From positions 9,427 to 73,426 of the forward strand of contig CAZZMT010000108.1 in the NCBI GenBank assembly GCA_964655395.1: a stretch of DNA of 64,000 nucleotides. The letters are read 5' to 3'. The notes below the pieces were generated by a model that saw only the letters and a list, made by a program, of their open reading frames with translations, was not told the DNA's origin and did not search any database. This stretch comes from an uncultured Candidatus Bathyarchaeia archaeon. Lineage in GTDB: Archaea; Thermoproteota; Bathyarchaeia; Bathyarchaeales; Bathycorpusculaceae. Positions within the stretch are counted from its first letter, which is position 1; the number at the start of each line of letters is the position of its first letter. This document shows positions 53,750-63,983 of this stretch, in pieces. Made by a program: the position numbers and the translations under genes.

Positions 53750-55096
53750 TTGCCAAGACGCATAGTGATAATTGGGGCGCATGCAGCAGGTGTTGACGCA
53801 GCATCAGCTGCCAGAAAAACAGATCGTACAGCCGAGATAACCCTAATAACCGACGAGAAATATGCTGGCTATTCCCGCTGCGGCTTGCCCTTCGTCATAG
53901 GCGGGCACATACCCAGCTTCAACAACCTCATAGTTTTCCAGCTAAGCTACTTCCAAATGATGAAACTCAACCTAAAAACAGAAACAAAAGTCACAAAAAT
54001 TGACACTGGAAAAAAGACCGTTTTAACCGTGGACAAAAACGGCAACACGGAGGAAATCCCTTACGACAGCCTTATCATAGCAGCTGGCGCAAGCGCCTTC
54101 ACGCCGCCAATAAAAGGGCGGGAAAAACAGGGCATTTTGCCTTTAAGAACCATTGAGGATGGACAGCGAATAGACCAAGCCATCCGAGAAGGCGCCAAAA
54201 AAGCCGTGGTTATGGGCGCTGGTCTTATAGGGCTGGAAACAGCTGTCGCCCTTCAAGAAAGAGGTTTGCAAGTGACCGTTGTGGAAATGTTGCCACAAGT
54301 TTTGCCAGCCATGCTTGATGCTGATATGGCTAAAATAGTTCAGGAAATGTTGGAACAAAAGGGCATAAAAATATTGACAAACAAGCCTGTTGAAGAGTTT
54401 TTAGGCGTAGATAAGGTTACTGGCATAGTGGCTGGGGGCGAACAGATAAACGCAGACCTCTTCGTAAGCGCTTTTGGAGTGAGGGCGAACACTCAGCTCG
54501 CCGTGGATGCTGGAATAGCCTTAGGCGAGACGAGACTCATTAAAACAAACGCCAGAATGGAAACAAACATCAAAGATGTTTACGCGGTGGGCGACTGTGC
54601 AGAATCCATCAACATAATAACCCAAAGACCAACAGTCCAACAGCTTGGAACAGTCGCCGTAAGACAAGGCAAAGTTGCCGGAATAAACGCAGCCGGAGGC
54701 TACGCCACTTTTCCAGGGGTCGTCGGTTCAGCGGTTACAGAACTTTATGATATGCAGATTGGGGCAACGGGCCTAACAGAAGCAGCAGCCAAAAGAGCCG
54801 GTATGGAAGTCATAACAGGGACAATAACCTCTAAAACAAAGGCAGACTATTATCCGGGAGCTTTGCCAATAAGAGTAAAACTTGTCGTCGAAAAAGAGTC
54901 TCAACGCATAATTGGCGCCCAGGTGATAGGCGGAGAAGAAGTAACTCAACGCATAAACGCGGTTTCTTTCGCCATACAAAAGCAGATGACTGTGCGGGAA
55001 TTGGCGAAGGCAGACACCGCTTATGCACCGCCGCTGAACGAGACTTGGGAGCCTCTTGTTCTAGCTGCTGAAATGGTGTTGATGAAACTCCGCTAA
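53750..55096 (+). CDS. CoA-disulfide reductase / NADH oxidase-family FAD-dependent pyridine nucleotide-disulfide oxidoreductase
   Basis: 448 aa. FAD motif IIGAHAAG, single redox Cys in YSRCGLPF, NAD motif VMGAGLIGLE and GDCA. Confidence 0.85.
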   Translation: MPRRIVIIGAHAAGVDAASAARKTDRTAEITLITDEKYAGYSRCGLPFVIGGHIPSFNNLIVFQLSYFQMMKLNLKTETKVTKIDTGKKTVLTVDKNGNTEEIPYDSLIIAAGASAFTPPIKGREKQGILPLRTIEDGQRIDQAIREGAKKAVVMGAGLIGLETAVALQERGLQVTVVEMLPQVLPAMLDADMAKIVQEMLEQKGIKILTNKPVEEFLGVDKVTGIVAGGEQINADLFVSAFGVRANTQLAVDAGIALGETRLIKTNARMETNIKDVYAVGDCAESINIITQRPTVQQLGTVAVRQGKVAGINAAGGYATFPGVVGSAVTELYDMQIGATGLTEAAAKRAGMEVITGTITSKTKADYYPGALPIRVKLVVEKESQRIIGAQVIGGEEVTQRINAVSFAIQKQMTVRELAKADTAYAPPLNETWEPLVLAAEMVLMKLR

Positions 55097-55189
55097 ATTC
55101 CCATACTTTCTTTTTATTTTGCGTCGGAAAATTAATTAATAGAACGTGTTCCATTAATATCCGAAATTTAGCGCGAGATGGTGATTTAA

Positions 55190-56200
<1,011 letters not shown>

Positions 56201-56270
56201 CCTAGCAAAATTTAAAATTTAAAAACAAACCTCCCCTTATTTTTCTCTTCGCCAAAAGAGAGGGAAATGT

Positions 56271-57500
56271 ATGGTTAAATTCCTAACCCTGGACGACGTA
56301 GACGTGAAAAACAAAGTTGTCCTCGTAAGGGTTGACTTCAACTCTCCAGTGGATCCCGAAACAAAAAAGGTTATAGATGACACAAGAATTAGGGCGCACG
56401 GCGAAACAACTATTAAAGAGTTAGCTGAAAAAGGCGCAAAAGTTGTTGTGCTGGCTCATCAAGGCAGGAAAGGCGACCCGGACTTTATACCTCTAAAACA
56501 GCATGCGGAAATCCTTGGCAAAGTTCTCAGCAAACCGGTAAAATTCGTGGACGATGTTTATGGAGAAAAAGCCAAAAAGGCCATCAAAGAACTCAAAAGC
56601 GGCGAAATCCTAGTCCTAGACAACGTAAGGAACTTTGCGGGAGAAACAAAAGAGGGAACACCTGAAGAGCACGCCAAATCAGAGCTTGTCCAAGCCTTGG
56701 CTCCGCTAGCTAACATATTTGTAAATGATGCTTTCGCTGCAGCCCACAGAGCCCACGCCTCCATTGTTGGCTTTACAGCTGTTTTGCCAAGTGTTGCCGG
56801 CCGCATAATGGAACGGGAGTTAAAATCCTTAAGTCGCGTGTTGGAAAATCCGGAAAAACCATGCGTTTACGTGCTTGGAGGCGCTAAAGCCGACGACTCC
56901 CTTGAGATTTCGAGGTATGTGTTGGATAATGGAATAGCAGACTATGTGCTCACGGGCGGCGTAGTCGGCCACGTTTTCATGGTCGCCAAAGGATACGACC
57001 TTGGCAAACCAAATATGAAATTCCTAGAGGAAAAGAAGCTGATGGGACTTGTTCCTGGCATAAAAGAGCTTATGAAAAAGTATTCTGACAAAATCAAGGT
57101 TCCAGCTGACGTAGCTATCGAAGTGGACAAAAAGCGCAAAGAAATTCCAGTTGAGCAGTTGCCAACAGATTATCCAATATTTGATATCGGCGCGAAAACT
57201 GTTGAAAACTATGCGAAAATCATACGGAGCGCCAAATCCATAGTGGTAAGCGGCCCCATGGGTGTCTTTGAAAACAGCGAATTCATCTATGGCACCAAAA
57301 GAATATTCGAGGAAATTGCCAAATCAAAGGCTTTTTCACTTGCCGGAGGAGGTCACACAATCGCAGCCCTACAAGAGCTGGGGCTGTCCAATAAGATTTC
57401 CTATGTAAGCACAGCGGGCGGTGCCCTAATAGAGTTCCTAATGGGCAAGAAGCTTCCGGGAGTTGTGGCTCTCGAAAAGGCGGCTGCACGAAAACCCTAA
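56271..57500 (+). CDS. pgk: phosphoglycerate kinase
   Basis: 409 aa with RVDFNSPVD, the archaeal-type N-domain, and C-terminal GGGHT and STAGGA motifs. Confidence 0.95.
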   Translation: MVKFLTLDDVDVKNKVVLVRVDFNSPVDPETKKVIDDTRIRAHGETTIKELAEKGAKVVVLAHQGRKGDPDFIPLKQHAEILGKVLSKPVKFVDDVYGEKAKKAIKELKSGEILVLDNVRNFAGETKEGTPEEHAKSELVQALAPLANIFVNDAFAAAHRAHASIVGFTAVLPSVAGRIMERELKSLSRVLENPEKPCVYVLGGAKADDSLEISRYVLDNGIADYVLTGGVVGHVFMVAKGYDLGKPNMKFLEEKKLMGLVPGIKELMKKYSDKIKVPADVAIEVDKKRKEIPVEQLPTDYPIFDIGAKTVENYAKIIRSAKSIVVSGPMGVFENSEFIYGTKRIFEEIAKSKAFSLAGGGHTIAALQELGLSNKISYVSTAGGALIEFLMGKKLPGVVALEKAAARKP

Positions 57501-57513
57501 CATTTTCCTCCTT

Positions 57514-58812
57514 TTATTTGCCAGTTATCTTCTCCAATAAATCAACGACTCTAGTTTCTTCCTGTCCTGTTTTATGCTGAAGCGCCTCGTAAATTTGCAA
57601 GGTTTGTTCTGCAGCTTTCTTCCAAGTGAAGTATTGTAAGACCCTTTTTCTGCCGTTTTCTCCCCATCGCTTGGCCCTTTCAGGGTCGCATAAAACCTCT
57701 TTTATTCCCCATGCTATGTCGGCTGGGTTTCCACCATTCACGTGAATGCCGTTCTGGTCTGGACCGAAAGGTACTACTTGCTCTCTGAAACCAACAACTC
57801 CTTGAGCACCCACAACCAGAGGTTTTTCCATGGCCATTGCTTCAAGGCTTACAATGCCAAAAGGCTCGTAGGTGGATGGGAAAACGCATAAGTCTGCCGC
57901 AGCATAGTGCAGAATGCGTTCTTTTTCTGGCACAAAGTCAAACCTGCATATCACATGGCTGCTTATCCCAAGCCTAGCAGAAGTTTCAATTATGTCGTTT
58001 TGTTGTTCGCCCTTACCCAAAATTACCAATTTAACGTTTGGATATTCCTCTAAAACCATGGGCATGGCTTGAACAAGATTTATCACACCTTTAACCCACG
58101 TTAACCTTCCAAGAAACAGAATCATCTTTTCTTCGGGCTTTATGCCATATTTACTGCGAACTGCTTCAACCTCTTCCTGTTTGCACTTTTTTGGATTGTA
58201 GCGTTCAGGGTCAACACCGTTCCATACAACGCTGATTTTTGTTTTGGGCCAGCCGTGTCGAATTATGTCTTCTTGCATGGCGTGGCTTACCGTTATTATT
58301 CTATCCGCCTTTTGCGCCATGGCTGATTCTAAGTGTGAAACAACCTCGGATCCTTGCCCTCCGCTTCTACCCCACTCCGTGCTATGAACGTGGAAAACGA
58401 CTGGAACGTTTGTTTCATTCTTCACTATTATGCCAGCAATGCTGCTCAGCCAGTCATGCACGCACACAACATCGTAAACGAGCCCTTCCTTCTTCAACAT
58501 GCTGTTTACAAACTTCGTTGCGCTCAAAATGTTGTATATGAAAATGTCATTAAACAAGCGGATGTTCGTACCCCACCTTTTCAAATCGTCAATGACAAAC
58601 ATGGGAAAAACGTTGCTGGCATCAGCTATAAGCGGCCTATGAACTTCAACACCTTTGATTATTTCCCTAGTTTTGAGGTTTCCAGGGTTAAGCGTAAAAA
58701 CCGTAACGTCGTGGCCTAGGGCAACAAACTCACGAGTAATATATTCGGCATAAGTGCCCAAGCCACCTACAAGGGCGGGCGGATACTCCCAAACAAAAAA
58801 TCCTATGCGCAA
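57514..58812 (-). CDS. GT4-family glycosyltransferase (glycogen/alpha-glucan synthase-like)
   Basis: 432 aa. N-terminus RIGFFVWEYPPALVGGLGTY and the C-terminal GT-B motif PSTYEPFGIVSLEAMA. Confidence 0.85.
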   Translation of the reverse strand: MRIGFFVWEYPPALVGGLGTYAEYITREFVALGHDVTVFTLNPGNLKTREIIKGVEVHRPLIADASNVFPMFVIDDLKRWGTNIRLFNDIFIYNILSATKFVNSMLKKEGLVYDVVCVHDWLSSIAGIIVKNETNVPVVFHVHSTEWGRSGGQGSEVVSHLESAMAQKADRIITVSHAMQEDIIRHGWPKTKISVVWNGVDPERYNPKKCKQEEVEAVRSKYGIKPEEKMILFLGRLTWVKGVINLVQAMPMVLEEYPNVKLVILGKGEQQNDIIETSARLGISSHVICRFDFVPEKERILHYAAADLCVFPSTYEPFGIVSLEAMAMEKPLVVGAQGVVGFREQVVPFGPDQNGIHVNGGNPADIAWGIKEVLCDPERAKRWGENGRKRVLQYFTWKKAAEQTLQIYEALQHKTGQEETRVVDLLEKITGK

Positions 58813-58838
58813 TTGAAGCAGCCCAACAATGCCTCTTT

Positions 58839-59582
58839 TTAGAATAGCCTAAGCTTTCTTTTCGGTTCTTCCTTTGGCTTCTCCATGGGTGGCTTTGGAT
58901 GCATTGCCGGTGGTGGCGCTGGCTCCTCCTCTTTTGGCGCTTCAGCTTTTATAGGTTCTTGTTTCGGCTGAGGTGCAGTTTCAGGTTTAGGTGTTTCTTT
59001 ACTTTCTGGCGGTGGAGATGGTGGTTCAAGTGTTTTCTCTTCTTTTAGTTCCTCCTTTTTCTTTGGTGTTTTTGGCTCATGCTTTTTCTCCGGAGGCTTT
59101 TCCTCTTTTCCCCTCGGTTTTTCAGCGTGTTTCCATGTAAAAATGGGTTGGAGGTGGAGACCCTTATGGTCTCCAAGCTTTAGATACTCCCACTCGTAGA
59201 GGTCTACGCGTATACCTTTCATGCTTTCGACAGCCCGTTTTACAGCATCTGAAAAGCTTGGCGCAATAAGTATCAGCCTTGGCTTCTCTTTATCGTCAAT
59301 CTTATGCTTGTTGTATGTAGCTTTCAAGAAAGATTTGAACTTGTCAACATAGTCAAGGCTTTGAAGCCCTTGAAGCAGCATCATGTCGTCTTCTTGAACG
59401 CTTAACTGTATAATGACAAGTTGCCCGTTGCTGTCATGGCACAAAACATCCAGCGTTGTTTTATCATTGACTGGAACGTTGCTGCAAATCACCGTAAGCC
59501 CCTTCTCAACAAGGTTTATTTCACTGACAATCATCTGTTCTAACTCATGGTGACTCTCTATGCTGATTTTTTCAATTGACAC
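58839..59582 (-). CDS. NucS/DUF91-like (PD-(D/E)xK-fold) domain protein with a Pro/Glu/Lys-rich tail
   Basis: The N-terminal ~165 aa (LVEKGLTVI...LDVLCHDSNGQLVIIQLSV...LQGLQSLDYV...RLILIAPSF) follow the NucS C-domain pattern, but the E-x-K position reads Q-L-S. The C-terminal ~85 aa are low-complexity PEK-rich. Confidence 0.4.
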   Translation of the reverse strand: MSIEKISIESHHELEQMIVSEINLVEKGLTVICSNVPVNDKTTLDVLCHDSNGQLVIIQLSVQEDDMMLLQGLQSLDYVDKFKSFLKATYNKHKIDDKEKPRLILIAPSFSDAVKRAVESMKGIRVDLYEWEYLKLGDHKGLHLQPIFTWKHAEKPRGKEEKPPEKKHEPKTPKKKEELKEEKTLEPPSPPPESKETPKPETAPQPKQEPIKAEAPKEEEPAPPPAMHPKPPMEKPKEEPKRKLRLF

Positions 59583-59732
59583 TATGTTTCACCTTGTTTT
59601 AATGAATGAAGCCGTTGTAAGGAATAAATAGGTTATGAATTCAAAATCAGAATCAAATCTAAACCTTAGCAAACCACAAATAAAACATCAATAAACCTAA
59701 CGGTTTAGAGGAAACTCAGAGAGCGGTTAAAT

Positions 59733-61280
59733 TTGACAGACATAGTTTTCGTGTTCGAGGTGCACCAGCCCCACCGTTTAAAGAAGAACTATTTCTGGAA
59801 AAATGAAACCTTTAAACGTTTAAAGAAAAAGGAACTTTTCGAATATTATTTTGATCATGCTCTTGACAAGGAAATCTTCGAAAGAGCGTGCAAGAAATGC
59901 TATTTTCCATCAAACCAGATTCTCCTAAACCTCATAGACGAACACAAAAAGGAGAAGAAAAAGGTCAAGTTTTCCTTTAGTATTTCCGGCACTTTCCTAG
60001 AACAGTGTGAAATGTTCAACAAAGACCTTTTAGAATCCTTCAAACAGCTTGCGGAAACAGGTTATGTGGAGTTCTTAAACCAAACCTACTACCATTCACT
60101 GGCAAGCGTATACCCGGAAAAAGATGAATTCATTGAGCAAGTAAAAATGCACCAGCAAATAGTTAAGGACTTGTTGGGTTATACGCCGCAGGTTTTTGAA
60201 AACACAGAGCTAATCTACAATAACACTATAGCCAGAATCGTGGAAGAACTGGGCTTTGCTGGAATTTTCACGGAGGGCACCGAACGCATACTTCATGGAA
60301 GGTCTCCAAACTACCTGTACAAGCCCAAAGGATGCAAGAAAATTAAAGTGCTGCTCCGAAATTATAAGCTGACAGATGACGTGGGCTTTAGGTTTTCAGC
60401 CAGATGGTGGAGTGAATGGCCCCTTACCGCGGACAAATACGCAAGCTGGCTGGCGGCGACACCCGGACAGTGCATAATTATCTTTCCAGACTATGAAACC
60501 TTCGGCGAACACCACTGGCCAGAAACAGGAATCCACGAGTTTCTGAAGCATCTGCCAAAAGAAATTTTGAAGTGGGAACACCTCCAAATGGCAACTCCAT
60601 CAGAAATCGTCAAAAAATACGAGCCAGTCGACGAAATTGATGTTCCAGAGCTGGGCGGAACCGTTTCGTGGGCAGACTTAGAGCGGGACACAAGCTGCTG
60701 GCTTGGAAACACCATGCAGTGGGCTTATTACACTTCCGTTAGAAGACTTGAACCTCTTGTCAAAGAAGCTGAAGACGAAGACTTTCTGAGAGTATGGCGA
60801 TGCTTCCAAACAAGCGACCACCTATACTATATGTTTACTGCGGGTGGAGCGTCCGGTGAAGTTCACTCTTACTTCAGTCCTTTCAACACGCCCGTAGATG
60901 CTTATGTAACGGCTCAAGCAGCCATACTGGATTTCGAGAACCGCATCCGCCTAGCTACGGTTACAGCCAACGAGCCCTTCCTCTTTTATCGAGGCATCGG
61001 GGACGAAAACTACACCGGTGTTATGGTTTGGAGCCTTAAAGGCATGGTGAACGCTTTGAAAAAAGTTGAACTTAAATCCTTAGAGTTCCACTGTAAACGT
61101 GGCGATTTCGAGAATTGGGCTAGGTATTCGTTACGTGATGAAGGTTTGGCTGAAGAGCTAAAGCGAGTAAGGCTTGCAAACCTAAAAGGACGGGAGTTGC
61201 GCAAAGCCCTAATTGTTGCTTTCCAGACTCGTTTCAGAAAAGTGTTAAGCCTTATCCAAGAGGGGACAGAATACTTTTAA
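59733..61280 (+). CDS. glycoside hydrolase family 57 alpha-glucan-active enzyme (alpha-amylase-like)
   Basis: 515 aa. GH57 signature regions are present: FEVHQPHRL, GYVEFLNQTYYHS, FENTELIY and DYETFGEHHW. Confidence 0.85.
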   Translation: MTDIVFVFEVHQPHRLKKNYFWKNETFKRLKKKELFEYYFDHALDKEIFERACKKCYFPSNQILLNLIDEHKKEKKKVKFSFSISGTFLEQCEMFNKDLLESFKQLAETGYVEFLNQTYYHSLASVYPEKDEFIEQVKMHQQIVKDLLGYTPQVFENTELIYNNTIARIVEELGFAGIFTEGTERILHGRSPNYLYKPKGCKKIKVLLRNYKLTDDVGFRFSARWWSEWPLTADKYASWLAATPGQCIIIFPDYETFGEHHWPETGIHEFLKHLPKEILKWEHLQMATPSEIVKKYEPVDEIDVPELGGTVSWADLERDTSCWLGNTMQWAYYTSVRRLEPLVKEAEDEDFLRVWRCFQTSDHLYYMFTAGGASGEVHSYFSPFNTPVDAYVTAQAAILDFENRIRLATVTANEPFLFYRGIGDENYTGVMVWSLKGMVNALKKVELKSLEFHCKRGDFENWARYSLRDEGLAEELKRVRLANLKGRELRKALIVAFQTRFRKVLSLIQEGTEYF

Positions 61281-61332
61281 ACGGATACAAGCCTTTAATT
61301 AGGGAAATGCCAAGCTGCTTTCGGGTGAAATT

Positions 61333-61584
61333 ATGAGGGATGAGCTTCCTATATCCGAAAGGCTTCTTCAAACGCTTCATAACCTATGTGCCACCGCTCC
61401 AGATTTAGCCAGAAGAAGCGAGGAACTAGCTCAAGTTTTACAGTTGGATTTGGCGGAAGTGGAAAGAATCCTAGATGGATGTTGCTGCGAGGGTTACGTT
61501 GAAAGTTTTTCAGACAGCCAAGGGAAAAAGTGGTACTATTTGACTGGAAGAGGAATAATCAAAGTCTGTGCACTTTTCACGTAG
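61333..61584 (+). CDS. small winged-helix-like protein (hypothetical)
   Basis: 83-aa ORF with an HTH-like segment SEELAQVLQLDLAEVERILDG followed by beta strands. Confidence 0.4.
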   Translation: MRDELPISERLLQTLHNLCATAPDLARRSEELAQVLQLDLAEVERILDGCCCEGYVESFSDSQGKKWYYLTGRGIIKVCALFT

Positions 61585-61596
61585 TTGGCGAAGTAA

Positions 61597-62223
61597 ATGC
61601 GTGTCGTGATCTTCTCATGGGAGTACCCTCCAAGAATTGTGGGGAAACTTGCAAGCTATGTTAAGGAACTAACGTGGCAGCTTGCCAAAACGGGGATAGA
61701 AACGTTTCTTGTCACTTATCATGAATATTTGACGGGCGAGTTTGAGAATGGCGGAGTAAAAGTTTACAGAGTTACAAATCCTGTTAAAACACACATTAGT
61801 GTTCTAACATGGGTTTTAACCCTAAACCAAGAGGTTGAAAGGGTTGCTGCCAACATATACTACAAAAGTGGAAAACGGATAGACCTTATAGACGTGCAAG
61901 ACTGGCATTTTATACCCGCAGCAGTCACCTTGAAGAAGGCTTTTGACATTTCTTTTGTCTACTCTGTTGAAAGTTTGGAGGACCACCGATCTCATGGAGC
62001 CAACTCTCCATTCAACATGGCCATAAAAAGCATTGAGTGGCTTGGTACATACGAGGCTGACGCTGTTGTTGTGAAGTCTAATTGGATGGCAAACGAAGTC
62101 ATTCGGGCATACAAGGTTCCAGAAGCCAAAGTGAAAATTGTAAATCTCGAAACTAATCATTGGCTCGAGTCCATTTTGAAAGTTTACAGGGAGCTTAAAG
62201 GAGGCTGCTGTGGCTATGGCTAG
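61597..62223 (+). CDS. GT4 N-terminal-domain-only paralog (truncated or degenerate glycosyltransferase)
   Basis: 208 aa. MRVVIFSWEYPPRIVGKLASYV parallels the N-termini of the two full-length GT4 genes. The ORF ends where the C-terminal Rossmann domain should begin. Confidence 0.6.
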   Translation: MRVVIFSWEYPPRIVGKLASYVKELTWQLAKTGIETFLVTYHEYLTGEFENGGVKVYRVTNPVKTHISVLTWVLTLNQEVERVAANIYYKSGKRIDLIDVQDWHFIPAAVTLKKAFDISFVYSVESLEDHRSHGANSPFNMAIKSIEWLGTYEADAVVVKSNWMANEVIRAYKVPEAKVKIVNLETNHWLESILKVYRELKGGCCGYG

Positions 62224-63418
62224 TCAGTTGAGGGTTATGATGCTCACTTGGGAGTTTCCGCCAAGAATCATAGGCGGAATTTCACCTCACGTCTATTATT
62301 TGTCAAAAAACCTTGCAAAAGAGGGCGTGAAAGTTTACGTTGTAACATGTGATTTTCCAGGGGCGCCGGATCATGAGGTCATTGATGGCGTCGAAGTTTT
62401 TCGAATAGACTCTTACAAGAATCCTTCGCCGGATTTCGCAAGTTGGGTTTACCTTATGAACATGAACATGCAGAAAGAGGCGGCGGCGATTGTCAAAAAT
62501 CTTGGCGGAGTGGACATTTTCCACGCTCATGACTGGCTTGTGGCAAATGCGGGCATAGGCTTAAAACATGTTTTCAGAAGACCCCTTTTGGTGACAATTC
62601 ATTCCACAGAGATTGGTCGGCGGAATGGTCTTCACTCGGATTATGAAAGGATGATTCATGAAACAGAGGCTTGGCTTACATACGAGGCTTGGAGGGTTAT
62701 ATGCTGCAGCAACTACATGGTATCCCATGTAAAATGGGCTTTCAATCTTCCAGAGGACAAGCTTGTCATGATTCCAAACGGTGTTGACGCCAGAGAATAC
62801 GAGAAAAGCACGGTGGACCTAAACCAATTTAGGAGACGGTTTGCGTTGCCCGAGGAAAAAATAGTTCTCTACGTTGGAAGGCTTGTTTATGAGAAGGGCA
62901 TTCAAGTTTTGATAAACGCCATTCCAAAGATCCTTGAAAAAGTTAACGCGAAGTTTGTTATTGTTGGGAACGGCTACATGAAAGAACCGCTTTGGGAAAA
63001 AATTAAACACATGGGCCTAGCCCACAAAGTTTTGTTCACCGGTTTTGTGGATGATGAAACCTTGCGGAATCTACAGAAATGCGCGGATGTTTCCGTTGTT
63101 CCATCACTTTTCGAGCCGTTTGGCATAGTTGCCCTTGAAGCCATGGCCGCTAAAAGCCCCGTTGTGGTTTCAGACACGGGAGGATTGTCCGAAATAGTGG
63201 AACACGACTTGACTGGTGTTAAAGTTTACCCAGACAACCCAGAATCCCTAGCGTGGGGCGTTACACGTGTTCTGCTTGACGAGGCTTACGCCAATAAGCT
63301 TCGGGAAAACGCCTACCGCCTGGTCGTAGAAAAGTACAACTGGAAGAAGATAAGCCGTCAAACAAAAAGCGTTTATGAACGTGTTTTAAGCGAGTATTCA
63401 CGGACTTTTTGGGCATAA
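62210..63418 (+). CDS. GT4-family glycosyltransferase (glycogen/alpha-glucan synthase-like)
   Basis: 402 aa. N-terminus LRVMMLTWEFPPRIIGGISPHV and the C-terminal motif PSLFEPFGIVALEAMA. Confidence 0.88.
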   Translation: MAMASQLRVMMLTWEFPPRIIGGISPHVYYLSKNLAKEGVKVYVVTCDFPGAPDHEVIDGVEVFRIDSYKNPSPDFASWVYLMNMNMQKEAAAIVKNLGGVDIFHAHDWLVANAGIGLKHVFRRPLLVTIHSTEIGRRNGLHSDYERMIHETEAWLTYEAWRVICCSNYMVSHVKWAFNLPEDKLVMIPNGVDAREYEKSTVDLNQFRRRFALPEEKIVLYVGRLVYEKGIQVLINAIPKILEKVNAKFVIVGNGYMKEPLWEKIKHMGLAHKVLFTGFVDDETLRNLQKCADVSVVPSLFEPFGIVALEAMAAKSPVVVSDTGGLSEIVEHDLTGVKVYPDNPESLAWGVTRVLLDEAYANKLRENAYRLVVEKYNWKKISRQTKSVYERVLSEYSRTFWA

Positions 63419-63419
63419 T

Positions 63420-63983
63420 TTACGGATACTTGAGCCTAATCGCCTTGTTTGGACAAGCGTCAACACATTTTAGGCAGTATATGCATTCCGGGTCGCTGAA
63501 CTTTTCCCAAGGCTGCTCCAGAATGCGCACCTGCATAGGGCAAGCTTTAACACATTCTCGGCATTCACCCTTAACACATTTCACGGGATCTCTCTTTAAA
63601 CCGATGAAACTGAACCTGTTTAGAATTGCCATTATGGCTCCATGAGGGCACAGATACTTACACCAAACTCTTGGGACATACGCGGCTGAAATTAGCACAC
63701 CTATAAGAATGAACAATTGAACCCACAAGAGGGGAGGCGCATCTAAAATTCCAGCCAAAACTTCAAGCGCTGGCTTTTCCACAACTGCCCTAGAAAAGTT
63801 TTGGATTGTTTTTGGTATTATTGCAAATAATGTTTCGGCCGGGCTTACAGCGGTGAAGGGTGCGTAAGCAAAGATACCTAAGCCCCTTTCATAGCTTCCA
63901 TGGGCTTTCAAAAGTTTAGCCAAAGAGAAGGTTACGGTAATGAAAAGCGTTATGCCCAACACAAGGTACTTTAAAAGCTTCAT
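63420..63983 (-). CDS. membrane-anchored 4Fe-4S cluster-binding protein (NapH/MauN-like)
   Basis: 187 aa with TM helices plus CKYLCPHG, CxxxxCxxCxxxCP and CIYCLKCVDACP motifs. Confidence 0.7.
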   Translation of the reverse strand: MKLLKYLVLGITLFITVTFSLAKLLKAHGSYERGLGIFAYAPFTAVSPAETLFAIIPKTIQNFSRAVVEKPALEVLAGILDAPPLLWVQLFILIGVLISAAYVPRVWCKYLCPHGAIMAILNRFSFIGLKRDPVKCVKGECRECVKACPMQVRILEQPWEKFSDPECIYCLKCVDACPNKAIRLKYP

